This document shows positions 35,121 through 43,800 of a DNA stretch of 64,000 bases, piece by piece (positions within the stretch are counted from its first letter, which is position 1; each line of letters opens with the position of its first letter). The stretch covers positions 68,017-132,016 of the forward strand of contig JBEHXL010000009.1 in the NCBI GenBank assembly GCA_048498715.1, written 5' to 3'. Made by a program: the position numbers and the translations under genes. A model generated the notes under the pieces. The model saw only the letters and a program-made list of their open reading frames with translations. It made no database searches and had not been told where the DNA came from. Origin of the DNA: Actinomycetota bacterium. GTDB taxonomy: Bacteria > Actinomycetota > Acidimicrobiia > Acidimicrobiales > JACCXE01.

Positions 35121-36505
35121 TAGGTGAGCTCAGCCTCCCAGTCGCGAGTCTCCAAGATGTCCCGAATCTTCGCGAGGAAAGCCGCTGCGTAAGCGCCGTC
35201 GAAGGCGCGGTGATCCCACGAGAGGCACAGATTGCCGACGTGATGGACCGCGATGGCGTAACCACCGTCCGGCAGCGGCACGGCCACGGGTTGCGGCTTG
35301 ACGCCGTCGGTCGACAGGATCGCCACTTGCGGTTGGTTGATGACCGGACCGGTGATCAGGGTGCCATAACCACCGGCGTTGGTGATGGTGAAGGTGCCGT
35401 CGCTGATGTCGTCGGCGGAAAGCTTCTTGGCCTTCGCGCGTGAACCCAGGTCGCCGATCTCACGAGCGAGTGCTCGCAGTCGCTTGGTGTCAGCGTCATG
35501 CACGACCGGCACGATCAAACCCTCGAAGTTGAGGTCGACAGCAACGCCGATGTTGACGTAGTTGTGCACGATCAGTTCGTCGTTGCCGACCGACGAGTTC
35601 ACGTTGGGGAACTCGCGCAACGCGTCGACAACCGCACGCGCGATGAAGGGCAGGTACGTGAGACTCGCGCCTTCCTGCGCCTTGAACGCGTCCTTGCGCG
35701 CCGCGCGCACGACCTCGACGTTCTCGTAATCGACTTCGGTCGCAACGAGCGTGTGGGCTGAAGTCGCCAACGAGCGCACCATGTGCTCGGCGGTCCGACG
35801 GCGGATGTTCGAGAACGGAATCGTCGTGTCGCGCTCGCCGGCGCGCGGTGCCGGTGCGCTCGGCGCCGCCGGCGCAGCGGGAGCTGGCGCCACGCCAGCC
35901 GCAGGGGCCGCCGGAGTTGCCGGGGCTGCCGGCGCCGCGGTTGCACCACCTGCGGCGCGCTGGTCGAGCGCAGCGAGTACGTCGTTGCGCGTGATGCGAC
36001 CGCCGGCGCCAGTGCCGCTGATCGTCGACGGGTCCAGATTGTTCTCCGAGAGGAGCTTGCGCACGACCGGCGACAGCACGTTGCTCGGGCCACCACCGTT
36101 CTGTGACGGGGCCGCAGCGGCCGGAGCCGGTGCGGGCGCGGGCGCAGGTGCGGGCGGCGGGGTCTCGGCGACCGGTGTCGGCACGACGGCTGGCGCCTCG
36201 GGAGGGGCGGGCGTGGGCTCGGGCTGTGCTTCAGCGACCGGCGCGGCGGGCGCCGGCGCGCCCGCCTCGGACGCATCGCCGACGGTCGCGAGCACGGCAC
36301 CGACCGGCACGGTGTCGCCTTCAGGCACGACGATCGACGTGATCACGCCGCTCACCGGCGAGGGCACCTCGGAGTCGACCTTGTCGGTCGAGACCTCGAA
36401 GAGAATCTCGTCTTCCTTGACGGTGTCGCCGACCTGCTTGGCCCAGCGGGTGATGGTGCCCTCGGTGACGGTTTCACCGAGCTGCGGCATCGTGATGTCA
36501 GCCAT
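35120..36505 (-). CDS. sucB: dihydrolipoamide acyltransferase (E2) of a 2-oxoacid dehydrogenase complex
   Basis: Lipoyl domain (EVSTDKVDSEVPSP), Ala/Pro linkers, an E3-binding domain and a catalytic domain (DHRAFDG). Confidence 0.92.
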   Translation of the reverse strand: MADITMPQLGETVTEGTITRWAKQVGDTVKEDEILFEVSTDKVDSEVPSPVSGVITSIVVPEGDTVPVGAVLATVGDASEAGAPAPAAPVAEAQPEPTPAPPEAPAVVPTPVAETPPPAPAPAPAPAPAAAAPSQNGGGPSNVLSPVVRKLLSENNLDPSTISGTGAGGRITRNDVLAALDQRAAGGATAAPAAPATPAAPAAGVAPAPAAPAAPSAPAPRAGERDTTIPFSNIRRRTAEHMVRSLATSAHTLVATEVDYENVEVVRAARKDAFKAQEGASLTYLPFIARAVVDALREFPNVNSSVGNDELIVHNYVNIGVAVDLNFEGLIVPVVHDADTKRLRALAREIGDLGSRAKAKKLSADDISDGTFTITNAGGYGTLITGPVINQPQVAILSTDGVKPQPVAVPLPDGGYAIAVHHVGNLCLSWDHRAFDGAYAAAFLAKIRDILETRDWEAELT

Positions 36506-37922
36506 GGAGGCCCCTTCCGGTGAGTGCGATCACCGTCTCGCCGAACAGTTCCGAGAGGCTCGGGTGCGGCTGAATGAATGCGGACACTTCTTCGACCGTC
36601 GCTTCCCAGTTCACGGACAGATAGCCCTGACCCAGTTGCTCCGTTACCCACGGACCAGCCATGTGCACACCGATGATCGTGCCGGCCTTGCCGTTGGCGT
36701 CCTTCTCGGCGATGACCTTCACGAGTCCGTCGGAGTCGCCGATGATCAGCGCACGGCCGTTGCCGGTGAAGCGATGCTTCGATACGACCACGTCGATGCC
36801 CGCGTCTTTGGCCGCCTGCTCGGTGTAACCGACGAATGCGACCTCGGGGTAGGTGTAGATGCACCACGGGACCTTGGCGTAGTCGATCGGCACGGCGGGC
36901 TCGCCGAGGATCGTCTTGATGACGAGCATGCCCTCGGCGAAGCCGACGTGGGCGAGTTGTGGGTGCACGCGCAGCCCGTCGACAGAAATCAGGTCGCCCA
37001 GCGCGTAGACGTTGGGCACGTTCGTGCGCATCCACGGGTCGACCTTGACGAAGCCGCGCTCGTCGACGGCCACCGGGCTGCCTTCGCCGAGCAGGCCGTC
37101 AGTCAACGGGCGACGGCCGACCGACATCACGATCACGTCGGCGGTGACGGACTCGCCATCGCCGAAGCTGACCACAGTCTGCTTGCCGTCGGCCGTCGGC
37201 GTGTGCCCCTTGACCTCGACGCCCGTGCGCACGTCGATGCCGCGCTTCTTGAACGACCGCGCGACCACATCGGCGGCATCCTTGTCGCAACCGGCGAGGA
37301 TCTGCGGCAGAAACTCCAGCACGGTGACTTGGCAGCCGAGATCACTCAGCGAACTGGCGAACTCACAGCCGATCGCACCTCCGCCGACCACCACGGCCGA
37401 CGACGGCAGCGCGTCGAGCATGAGCACCTCGTCCGAGGTGAGCACGTACTTGCCATCAATGTCGAAGCCCGGAAGGGTGCGAGGCACCGAGCCGGCGGCG
37501 AGCAGCACGCTGGTGCCCTGGAGTTCGACGCCGTCGGCCTCACCGCCGCTGACGCGCACGATGCCGTCGGCATCGAGTCGACCCGTACCGATGTAGGTCG
37601 TGATCTTGCGCTGCTTCATCAGGCCGGCGAGGCCCTTCCACAGCCCGTCGACGACCTTTTGCTTGCGGGCCTGGCTCGTCGCGAACTCGATCGTCGGCTG
37701 ATCGCTGTTGATGCCGAAGTCCTTGGCGTGACTCACCGTCCGGTAGACAGTCGCCGTCTCCAGGTACTCCTTGGCAGGGATGCAGCCGCGGTGGAGGCAC
37801 GTGCCGCCCACCTTGTCCTTCTCGACGACTGCGATGTTCAGGCCTGCGGATGCGCCGTACAACGCGGCGGCATAACCCGCTGGACCTCCGCCGATGACGA
37901 CTACGTCGAAACTCTCTGGCAC
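36498..37922 (-). CDS. lpd: dihydrolipoyl dehydrogenase (E3)
   Basis: VVIGGGPAGY and the redox disulfide GGTCLHRGCIPAK. GTG start. Its 3' end overlaps the E2 start by 8 nt. Confidence 0.92.
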   Translation of the reverse strand: MPESFDVVVIGGGPAGYAAALYGASAGLNIAVVEKDKVGGTCLHRGCIPAKEYLETATVYRTVSHAKDFGINSDQPTIEFATSQARKQKVVDGLWKGLAGLMKQRKITTYIGTGRLDADGIVRVSGGEADGVELQGTSVLLAAGSVPRTLPGFDIDGKYVLTSDEVLMLDALPSSAVVVGGGAIGCEFASSLSDLGCQVTVLEFLPQILAGCDKDAADVVARSFKKRGIDVRTGVEVKGHTPTADGKQTVVSFGDGESVTADVIVMSVGRRPLTDGLLGEGSPVAVDERGFVKVDPWMRTNVPNVYALGDLISVDGLRVHPQLAHVGFAEGMLVIKTILGEPAVPIDYAKVPWCIYTYPEVAFVGYTEQAAKDAGIDVVVSKHRFTGNGRALIIGDSDGLVKVIAEKDANGKAGTIIGVHMAGPWVTEQLGQGYLSVNWEATVEEVSAFIQPHPSLSELFGETVIALTGRGLHG

Positions 37923-38066
37923 GGGGGTGAGCCTACCTAGCTGGTGGAAGCCGGCTTACCGGCTGGCGGTGAGCACTTGGATGGTGAAGGCCAACACGAT
38001 GATCACGCCGCAGAGCAGCGCTAAAGCAATGAGGACCCGTGTAGGCACGCCAGTAAGTTACGACCT

Positions 38067-38840
38067 GTGACGTCATCGGACCCACTTGAGATCGCGGGCC
38101 GCACGTTCTCCTCGCGGCTGTTTCTCGGAACGGGCAAGTTCCCGTCCAACCAGTCACTGCACGACGCGATCGTGGCGTCGGATTCCGAGATGGTGACCGT
38201 TGCGATGCGACGGGCGGATCCGACGGCGGAGGACGACATCGTCGACGCGCTCCCGTCCAATGTGTTGCTGCTCACCAACACCTCAGGCGCGATGAACGCC
38301 GACGAAGCGGTACGCATCGCCAAGCTCGCTCGGGCGGCCGGCTTCCCCGACTGGATCAAGCTCGAACTCACTCCCGAGCCGCGCTACCTGTTGCCCGACG
38401 GGGTCGAGACGTTGGCCGCCGCGGAGAAGCTCGTCGCTGACGGATTCACCGTGCTCCCCTACGTCAACGCCGATCCCGTGTTGTGCAAGCGCCTCGAGGA
38501 GGTCGGCTGCGCCACGGTCATGCCGCTCGGTTCGTGGATCGGTTCCAACCAGGGGCTGCGGACCCGCGGCGCCCTCGAGATCATCATCGAGCAGGCGCGC
38601 GTTCCCGTCGTCGTCGACGCCGGACTGGGCGCGCCGTCGCATGCCGCCGAGGCGATGGAGATCGGCGCGGATGCCGTGCTTGTGAACACTGCCATCGGCA
38701 CGGCTGCGAATCCGGCGCTCATGGCTCGCGCGTTCCGGGACGCGACGATCGCCGGGCGCACCGGCTACCTCGCCGGTCTCGCTTCGGTCCGCACCGTCGC
38801 CGAGGCGTCGTCGCCGCTCACGGGGTTCCTCGACTCGTGA
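38067..38840 (+). CDS. thiG: thiazole synthase
   Basis: [32 protein letters not shown] start. Confidence 0.92.
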   Translation: MTSSDPLEIAGRTFSSRLFLGTGKFPSNQSLHDAIVASDSEMVTVAMRRADPTAEDDIVDALPSNVLLLTNTSGAMNADEAVRIAKLARAAGFPDWIKLELTPEPRYLLPDGVETLAAAEKLVADGFTVLPYVNADPVLCKRLEEVGCATVMPLGSWIGSNQGLRTRGALEIIIEQARVPVVVDAGLGAPSHAAEAMEIGADAVLVNTAIGTAANPALMARAFRDATIAGRTGYLAGLASVRTVAEASSPLTGFLDS

Positions 38841-39997
38841 GCACCGCGCCGGTCGAAATCCTCTCACGACCGCGCGAAGTTCCGGCCGACTCGGCCGCCG
38901 CCCAATTACTCGCGTTAACCGAGACACTCCGCGCCGTCCGCGCCGCCGTGGATGCGTCGACTGACGCCGACGTGAGCCGCGCCCTTGCACGTAGCCGCAA
39001 GCGCGATCTGTTCGACTTCGCCGCGCTGTTGTCGCCGGCAGCAGGCGCTCGGCTCGAGGAGCTCGCGGTAGCGGCGCGCGACGCGACGCTCCAGCGCTTT
39101 GGTCGCGCTCGCACATTGTTCGCGCCGCTGTACGTGTCGAACGAATGCGTGTCGGTCTGCACGTACTGCGGCTTCTCCGCGGGCAACGAGGTCGCACGCC
39201 GGACGCTGTCGGTCGACGAGGTCGTGCTCGAGGCGCAGGAACTCGCGTCGCGCGGTTTCCGTCACGTGCTGCTCGTCGCCGGCGAGCACGCGCGGATCGT
39301 GAGCAAGGACTACCTGGTCGAGTGCGTCGAGGCGGTCAGTGCGTTCATGGCGAGCGTGTCGGTCGAGGTGCAGGTGTGGGACGAACCGACCTACGTGCGC
39401 CTTGTCAACGCGGGCGCCGACGGCGTCGTCGTCTACCAGGAGACCTACGACCGCGACACGTACGCAGACGTGCACCTGAAGGGCAAGAAGCGGAACTACG
39501 AGTGGCGGCTCGCCGCTCCCGATCGGGCCGCGGCCGCCGGCGCACGGAAGCTCGGCGTTGCCGCCCTCCTCGGCCTGCACGGCGACTGGCGCTCCGAAGC
39601 GATAGCCGTGGCCGCGCATGCACGGGCCTTGGAGCACCGCTGGTGGCGCGCCGAGGTCTCGGTGTCAGTGCCGCGTATGCGGCCGGCCGCGGGTGACTTC
39701 GAAGTCGCGGATCCCGTCGACGACCGCGCGTTCACACAGCTCATCTGTGCGCTGCGCCTCGCGCTGCCCGATACCGGCATCACGCTGTCGACCCGCGAGC
39801 CCGCATTCATTCGCGACGCACTCGTGCCCCTGGGCGTGACCACGTTGTCAGCGGGCTCGCACACCGAGCCTGGCGGTTACGCGTCGGAGTCCGACGCCGA
39901 ACCACAGTTCGAAATCAGCGACACCCGCTCCCCCGCCGTTGTCGCGGACGCGCTCCGGTCGATGGGTTACGACCCGGTCTGGAAAGACTGGACCTAG
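38837..39997 (+). CDS. thiH: 2-iminoacetate synthase (tyrosine lyase), radical SAM
   Basis: [10 protein letters not shown] (Cx3Cx2C), [21 protein letters not shown]-terminal DPVWKDW. Close by eye to E. coli ThiH. The GTG start overlaps the thiG stop (GTGA). Confidence 0.9.
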   Translation: MSTAPVEILSRPREVPADSAAAQLLALTETLRAVRAAVDASTDADVSRALARSRKRDLFDFAALLSPAAGARLEELAVAARDATLQRFGRARTLFAPLYVSNECVSVCTYCGFSAGNEVARRTLSVDEVVLEAQELASRGFRHVLLVAGEHARIVSKDYLVECVEAVSAFMASVSVEVQVWDEPTYVRLVNAGADGVVVYQETYDRDTYADVHLKGKKRNYEWRLAAPDRAAAAGARKLGVAALLGLHGDWRSEAIAVAAHARALEHRWWRAEVSVSVPRMRPAAGDFEVADPVDDRAFTQLICALRLALPDTGITLSTREPAFIRDALVPLGVTTLSAGSHTEPGGYASESDAEPQFEISDTRSPAVVADALRSMGYDPVWKDWT

Positions 39998-39999
39998 CG

Positions 40000-40281
40000 T
40001 TATTGGCGGCAGCGTGGGTCGTTGGGGGCGACGGCCACGGCGCCGTACGCGCTGTTGGACTTGAACACCACGTAGACACGGTTGGGTCCGTCGCACTTCG
40101 ATGACACGTTCGAAAACCCGTCGGGCATGGTGATGATGTCCGCGGGACCGTTGTTGGTCTCGCCCCGCGGGGCGTCCTTGAACTTCTCGGTGATCTTCTG
40201 GAACCCGCTCTGACACGCCCCGCCGAACAACGCGGCAGCGACAACGAGAACAGCGACCCTGGCTCTTGCATTTTTGAACAT
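40000..40281 (-). CDS. small secreted protein or lipoprotein candidate (93 aa)
   Basis: A signal-like N-terminus ending in FGGAC (weak lipobox), plus two further Cys. No family recognised. Confidence 0.5.
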   Translation of the reverse strand: MFKNARARVAVLVVAAALFGGACQSGFQKITEKFKDAPRGETNNGPADIITMPDGFSNVSSKCDGPNRVYVVFKSNSAYGAVAVAPNDPRCRQ

Positions 40282-40304
40282 GCGCGATGCCTACACCGCC
40301 GCCC

Positions 40305-40355
40305 GGTTCTTGTGCTGTTTTGAGCGCTATAGCGCCGCAAAACAGCACAAGAACC
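40305..40355. terminator. 17-bp perfect inverted repeat with a palindromic loop
   Basis: ggttcttgtgctgtttt (40305-40321) / aaaacagcacaagaacc (40339-40355). The loop contains gcgctatagcgc. It lies between the SDR stop and the next gene's start. Confidence 0.5.
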
Positions 40356-40366
40356 TGTCGTGGCAA

Positions 40367-41134
40367 CTATTTCGGCTGCATGCGGATGCCGCCGTCGAGG
40401 CGGACCACTTCTCCGTTGAGGTAGTCGTTGTCGATCATCTGCATGACGAGCTTGGCGAACTCGTCGGGGATGCCGAGTCGCTTCGGGTACAGCACGCTGT
40501 CACCGAGCGCCTTGATCGCCGCTTCGGGAAGCGTCGCGAGAAGCGGCGTGTCCATGAGGCCCGGGGCGATCGTATTCACACGGATGTTGACCGAAGCGAG
40601 GTCACGGGCTGCCGGCAGGGTCATGCCGACGACCGCGCCCTTGGTAGCCGAGTACGCGAGCTGACCGATCTGGCCGTCGAAGGCAGCAACCGAGGCCGTA
40701 TTCACGATGACGCCCCGGTCGCCCGACGGAGTCGGTTCGGTCTTCGCAATCGCCGCGGCGCCGAGCGTCATCACGTGGAAGGTGCCGATGAGGTTGATGC
40801 CGACCACGAAGTTGAACGTCTTCGGATCGTGCGGCGTGCCGTCACGGCCGATGGTGCGCGTGGCGATGCCGAGACCGGCGCAGTTCACGACGACGCGCAG
40901 GTCGCCAGCCGCGGCGGCTTGGTCGACGGCGCCGGAGCACTCCTCGTAGTTCGTCACGTCAGCCTGGGCGAAGTTGGCGCCCCCGCCGAGTTCCTTGGCC
41001 AGCGCGTTGCCGGCGTCCGCGTTGCGGTCGAGGATGGTGACGGCGACGCCCGCGGCGGCGAGACGACGGGTGGTCGCTTCACCGAGGCCCGACGCGCCGC
41101 CGGTGACGATTGCTGATGCTCCCTGTAATTCCAT
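40367..41134 (-). CDS. short-chain dehydrogenase, 3-hydroxyacyl-CoA dehydrogenase type-2-like
   Basis: AIVTGGASGLG, NCAG, YSATKGAV. ATG at 41134 (MELQG); an upstream GTG at 41143 is possible. Confidence 0.85.
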   Translation of the reverse strand: MELQGASAIVTGGASGLGEATTRRLAAAGVAVTILDRNADAGNALAKELGGGANFAQADVTNYEECSGAVDQAAAAGDLRVVVNCAGLGIATRTIGRDGTPHDPKTFNFVVGINLIGTFHVMTLGAAAIAKTEPTPSGDRGVIVNTASVAAFDGQIGQLAYSATKGAVVGMTLPAARDLASVNIRVNTIAPGLMDTPLLATLPEAAIKALGDSVLYPKRLGIPDEFAKLVMQMIDNDYLNGEVVRLDGGIRMQPK

Positions 41135-41170
41135 GGGGCGCACGATAAACGCCGCGTAGGTTGCCGATCC

Positions 41171-41965
41171 TTGTCAGACCCCGAACTCCTTTCCGGCGGC
41201 GGACGCACCCGAGTGACTCGCATTGGCGCAGTCATTCATCGCGTGGGCGGCGAATGGTCGACGTCAGTCCACGCCCTCCTGCGCCACTACGAAACGGTCG
41301 GTTTTGACGGGGCGCCGCGGGTCGTCGGCACCGGTTTCGACAGCGACGGCCACGAGACGCTCGAGTTCATTGCCGGTGAGTTCGTCCACCCAGCGTCGTG
41401 GACGGACGAAGGCATCGCCGCGCTCGGCGCGCTTCTCCGCGCCCTCCATGATGCCGGTCAAAATTTCGATCCGCCCGCGAACGCTGTGTGGCAGGACTGG
41501 TTCACACGCGACACCGGACCGGGCGCCGTCTACGGGCACGGAGACGTCGGCCCGTGGAACATCGTCGCTCGCGACGGATTGCCGGTCGCCTTTATCGACT
41601 GGGAGTTCGGCGGTCCCGTCGACCGCCTCGACGAGGTCGCCCACGCGGCGTGGCTCAACGCGCAGCTGCACGACGATCTCGTCGCGGAACTGAACCAGCT
41701 GCCGCCCGCGGCCGACCGCGCCCGTCAACTTCGCTTGTTCGTCGACAGCTACGGGCTCACCGACGGCGAACGGTCGGGGCTCGTGACGCGCATGGTCGAC
41801 TTCGCGATCCGCGATGCCGCGAACGAACTCGACGAGCCTGGTGCGCTCAAGATGGCGAAACGCCCTACCGGACCCGACGAACCCGGGTGGGGCATCGCCT
41901 GGCGGTTGCGCAGCGCGCTCTGGCTCGTGCAGAACCGGGCGTTACTCGAGGCCTCGCTGCGGTAG
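41171..41965 (+). CDS. aminoglycoside/choline-kinase-fold phosphotransferase family protein
   Basis: HGDVGPWNIV (HxDxxxxN catalytic loop) and FIDWEF (DxD-like). TTG start. Confidence 0.7.
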   Translation: MSDPELLSGGGRTRVTRIGAVIHRVGGEWSTSVHALLRHYETVGFDGAPRVVGTGFDSDGHETLEFIAGEFVHPASWTDEGIAALGALLRALHDAGQNFDPPANAVWQDWFTRDTGPGAVYGHGDVGPWNIVARDGLPVAFIDWEFGGPVDRLDEVAHAAWLNAQLHDDLVAELNQLPPAADRARQLRLFVDSYGLTDGERSGLVTRMVDFAIRDAANELDEPGALKMAKRPTGPDEPGWGIAWRLRSALWLVQNRALLEASLR

Positions 41966-41968
41966 CGG

Positions 41969-43792
41969 CTACTGACCCGCGTAGTAGTGCTTGTGCTCGT
42001 AGTTGGGCACCGGCTTGTCGGGGCTCTTGTCGTAGATCGTCACGGTGCCGTCGTTGGCGAACACTTTCGGATCCGACGTCGGATGCTGCCCCGGCAGGTA
42101 GCGCTTGCCACCCGCGACGTAGCGGTACATGCCGGCGCCCTGGTTGTTCAGTTCGTCGGGACCGACGACAGCTGGATCCCAGAAGATCTCGGTCACGTCG
42201 TCGAAGGACGTGAAGTCGGTGAAGGGCCACACGCCGTGGTTGCCGAACGAGATCTGCGGCGACGCGATGGCGCCCTTGTTCGTGACGGGATAGCTGAACA
42301 ACCCCTTCTGCCATGACGCGGCGCTCAGGTTCGGCCCGGCCATCGTGACGCCCAGCGCGAACGTCAGCGGCGTCGGGTAGATCGTGCCGAACTGATTGTT
42401 CGCAGTCGGTGTGCGACCGAAGTGCCACACGTGCACCTTGTACGCGTCGGTCTGCTCCTCCGGCACGCGCGCCGTCAGGAAGCTCACACCGAACGCGTGG
42501 CGCCACTGCGCGGTGTCGTAGGTGCGAGCGAACAACGACGTGTCCGTGAGCGCGGAGCCCGTCAGGATCCACTCGGGGAAGTAGTTCTGCCGCGTCGCTT
42601 CCTTGGTCAGCAGGGCCGGGCTGATCGGGTCCTCCGACATGACGACCGAAGTGACTTTGGCGTCCTTGAGCTTGCCGATGACGGATCGCGCCTGTTCCTG
42701 CACCGCCGCGTAGTCGCTCGGCGTCGATTGCACGACCGCCAAGGGCACGCCGTACTTCTGCTGCAGTTCCTTCTTGAAGAACTCGGCCCCCGACCGGTAG
42801 GCGTTGTCGGGGGTTTCGTAATAGAGAAGTCCGAACACACGTTTCTGCTGTTGCATCAGCGGGTCGCCCGAGTGCACCGCCTTACGGCCGGCGAGGCGCT
42901 TACCGACGTATTCGGCGCGATGGATGTAGCCCTGCGTCGACGCCATCAGCGGGGTGTAGCCCACGTACGGCGCGTACTTCTCGTAGAGCTCCTGGGGCTG
43001 CGACGTCGTGCAGACGCACAGGATCTTGCGGGCCGCGAGCTCAGCCGGGAACGCGTTGGTCGTGCCGCTGCCGAACACGGCGAAGGGCTTGAGACGCGTC
43101 GCGATGTCGACCGCATCGGCGCGCCCGGCCGCATCGTCGTCCGTCTTGCCGCTGCCGTGCTTGACCGTGATCGTGACGTGACGGCCGTACATCTGGAAGT
43201 GCTTGTTGAACAGGTCGACGTAGTCGCGCACGGTCGCTTCTTGGTCGGGCTCAGAATTGTTCGCGCCCGCTGCAGTGAGCGCGGCGGTCACGGCCGGATC
43301 AGCCTGGGGCTGGTAGTAGACGACCTTGATCTCCTTGGCCGAGACGCCCGGGGCAGTGGCCCCACCGTTGTTCGTCCCGGAGAACCACGCCATGCACGGC
43401 GGTGCCGTCGAGATCGGCACGCGCACGCGACCGGTACCGGGATCGCAATCGGGACCGAACGCGCCGGGATCGACCTCGCCCGTGCCTGTATCGCCGGCGT
43501 CGTCGACGCTGCCGAACTCACTCGACCCGTCGCCCGAACCGTCGAGCGGAACGATGTTGCCGAACTCATCGATGCTCGTCGGCGTCGTCGAGCCGGTGTT
43601 GTTCTGGCGACGACCTCCGACGCTCAACGAATTGTCGCCGCTGGCGAAGTTGCCGGATGTGTCGACGGGCTTCTTGCCGTCCGGCAGAGCGAGGGTCACC
43701 AGCAAGACGGCGACCACCGCGAGGATGAACGGGCGGTAGCGCACGAACCCACGGGCGATGTCGCCCAGCGTCAGCTCTTTCCAGTTGTCCAT
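41969..43792 (-). CDS. ABC transporter substrate-binding protein (type-1 PBP, Liv-like), membrane-anchored, 607 aa
   Basis: N-terminal TM helix (ILAVVAVLLVTLAL), a Gly/Ser/Asp-rich linker, then a periplasmic-binding-protein-like body. It sits 8 nt downstream of the ABC fusion gene. Confidence 0.75.
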   Translation of the reverse strand: MDNWKELTLGDIARGFVRYRPFILAVVAVLLVTLALPDGKKPVDTSGNFASGDNSLSVGGRRQNNTGSTTPTSIDEFGNIVPLDGSGDGSSEFGSVDDAGDTGTGEVDPGAFGPDCDPGTGRVRVPISTAPPCMAWFSGTNNGGATAPGVSAKEIKVVYYQPQADPAVTAALTAAGANNSEPDQEATVRDYVDLFNKHFQMYGRHVTITVKHGSGKTDDDAAGRADAVDIATRLKPFAVFGSGTTNAFPAELAARKILCVCTTSQPQELYEKYAPYVGYTPLMASTQGYIHRAEYVGKRLAGRKAVHSGDPLMQQQKRVFGLLYYETPDNAYRSGAEFFKKELQQKYGVPLAVVQSTPSDYAAVQEQARSVIGKLKDAKVTSVVMSEDPISPALLTKEATRQNYFPEWILTGSALTDTSLFARTYDTAQWRHAFGVSFLTARVPEEQTDAYKVHVWHFGRTPTANNQFGTIYPTPLTFALGVTMAGPNLSAASWQKGLFSYPVTNKGAIASPQISFGNHGVWPFTDFTSFDDVTEIFWDPAVVGPDELNNQGAGMYRYVAGGKRYLPGQHPTSDPKVFANDGTVTIYDKSPDKPVPNYEHKHYYAGQ

Positions 43793-43800
43793 GACGACTC

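Noticed and set aside
35830-36290. Highly repetitive GC-rich Ala/Pro-coding tract
   Set aside because: It corresponds to the flexible linkers between the lipoyl, E3-binding and catalytic domains of the E2 protein. It is not a repeat element or a CRISPR.
35751-37940. A 729-aa plus-strand ORF
   Set aside because: It is antisense to the E2 and lpd genes, both of which have unmistakable motifs. Its composition (Ala/Gly/Arg/Val runs) looks non-coding.
37923-38066. A TPP riboswitch or tRNA-like element upstream of thiG (the region begins with a gggggtg resembling the THI-box 5' end)
   Set aside because: The conserved CUGAGA, ACCUGAUC and GGAUAAUGCC cores are absent on both strands. There is no T-loop GGTTCGAATCC or cloverleaf. 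A covariance-model scan would be decisive.
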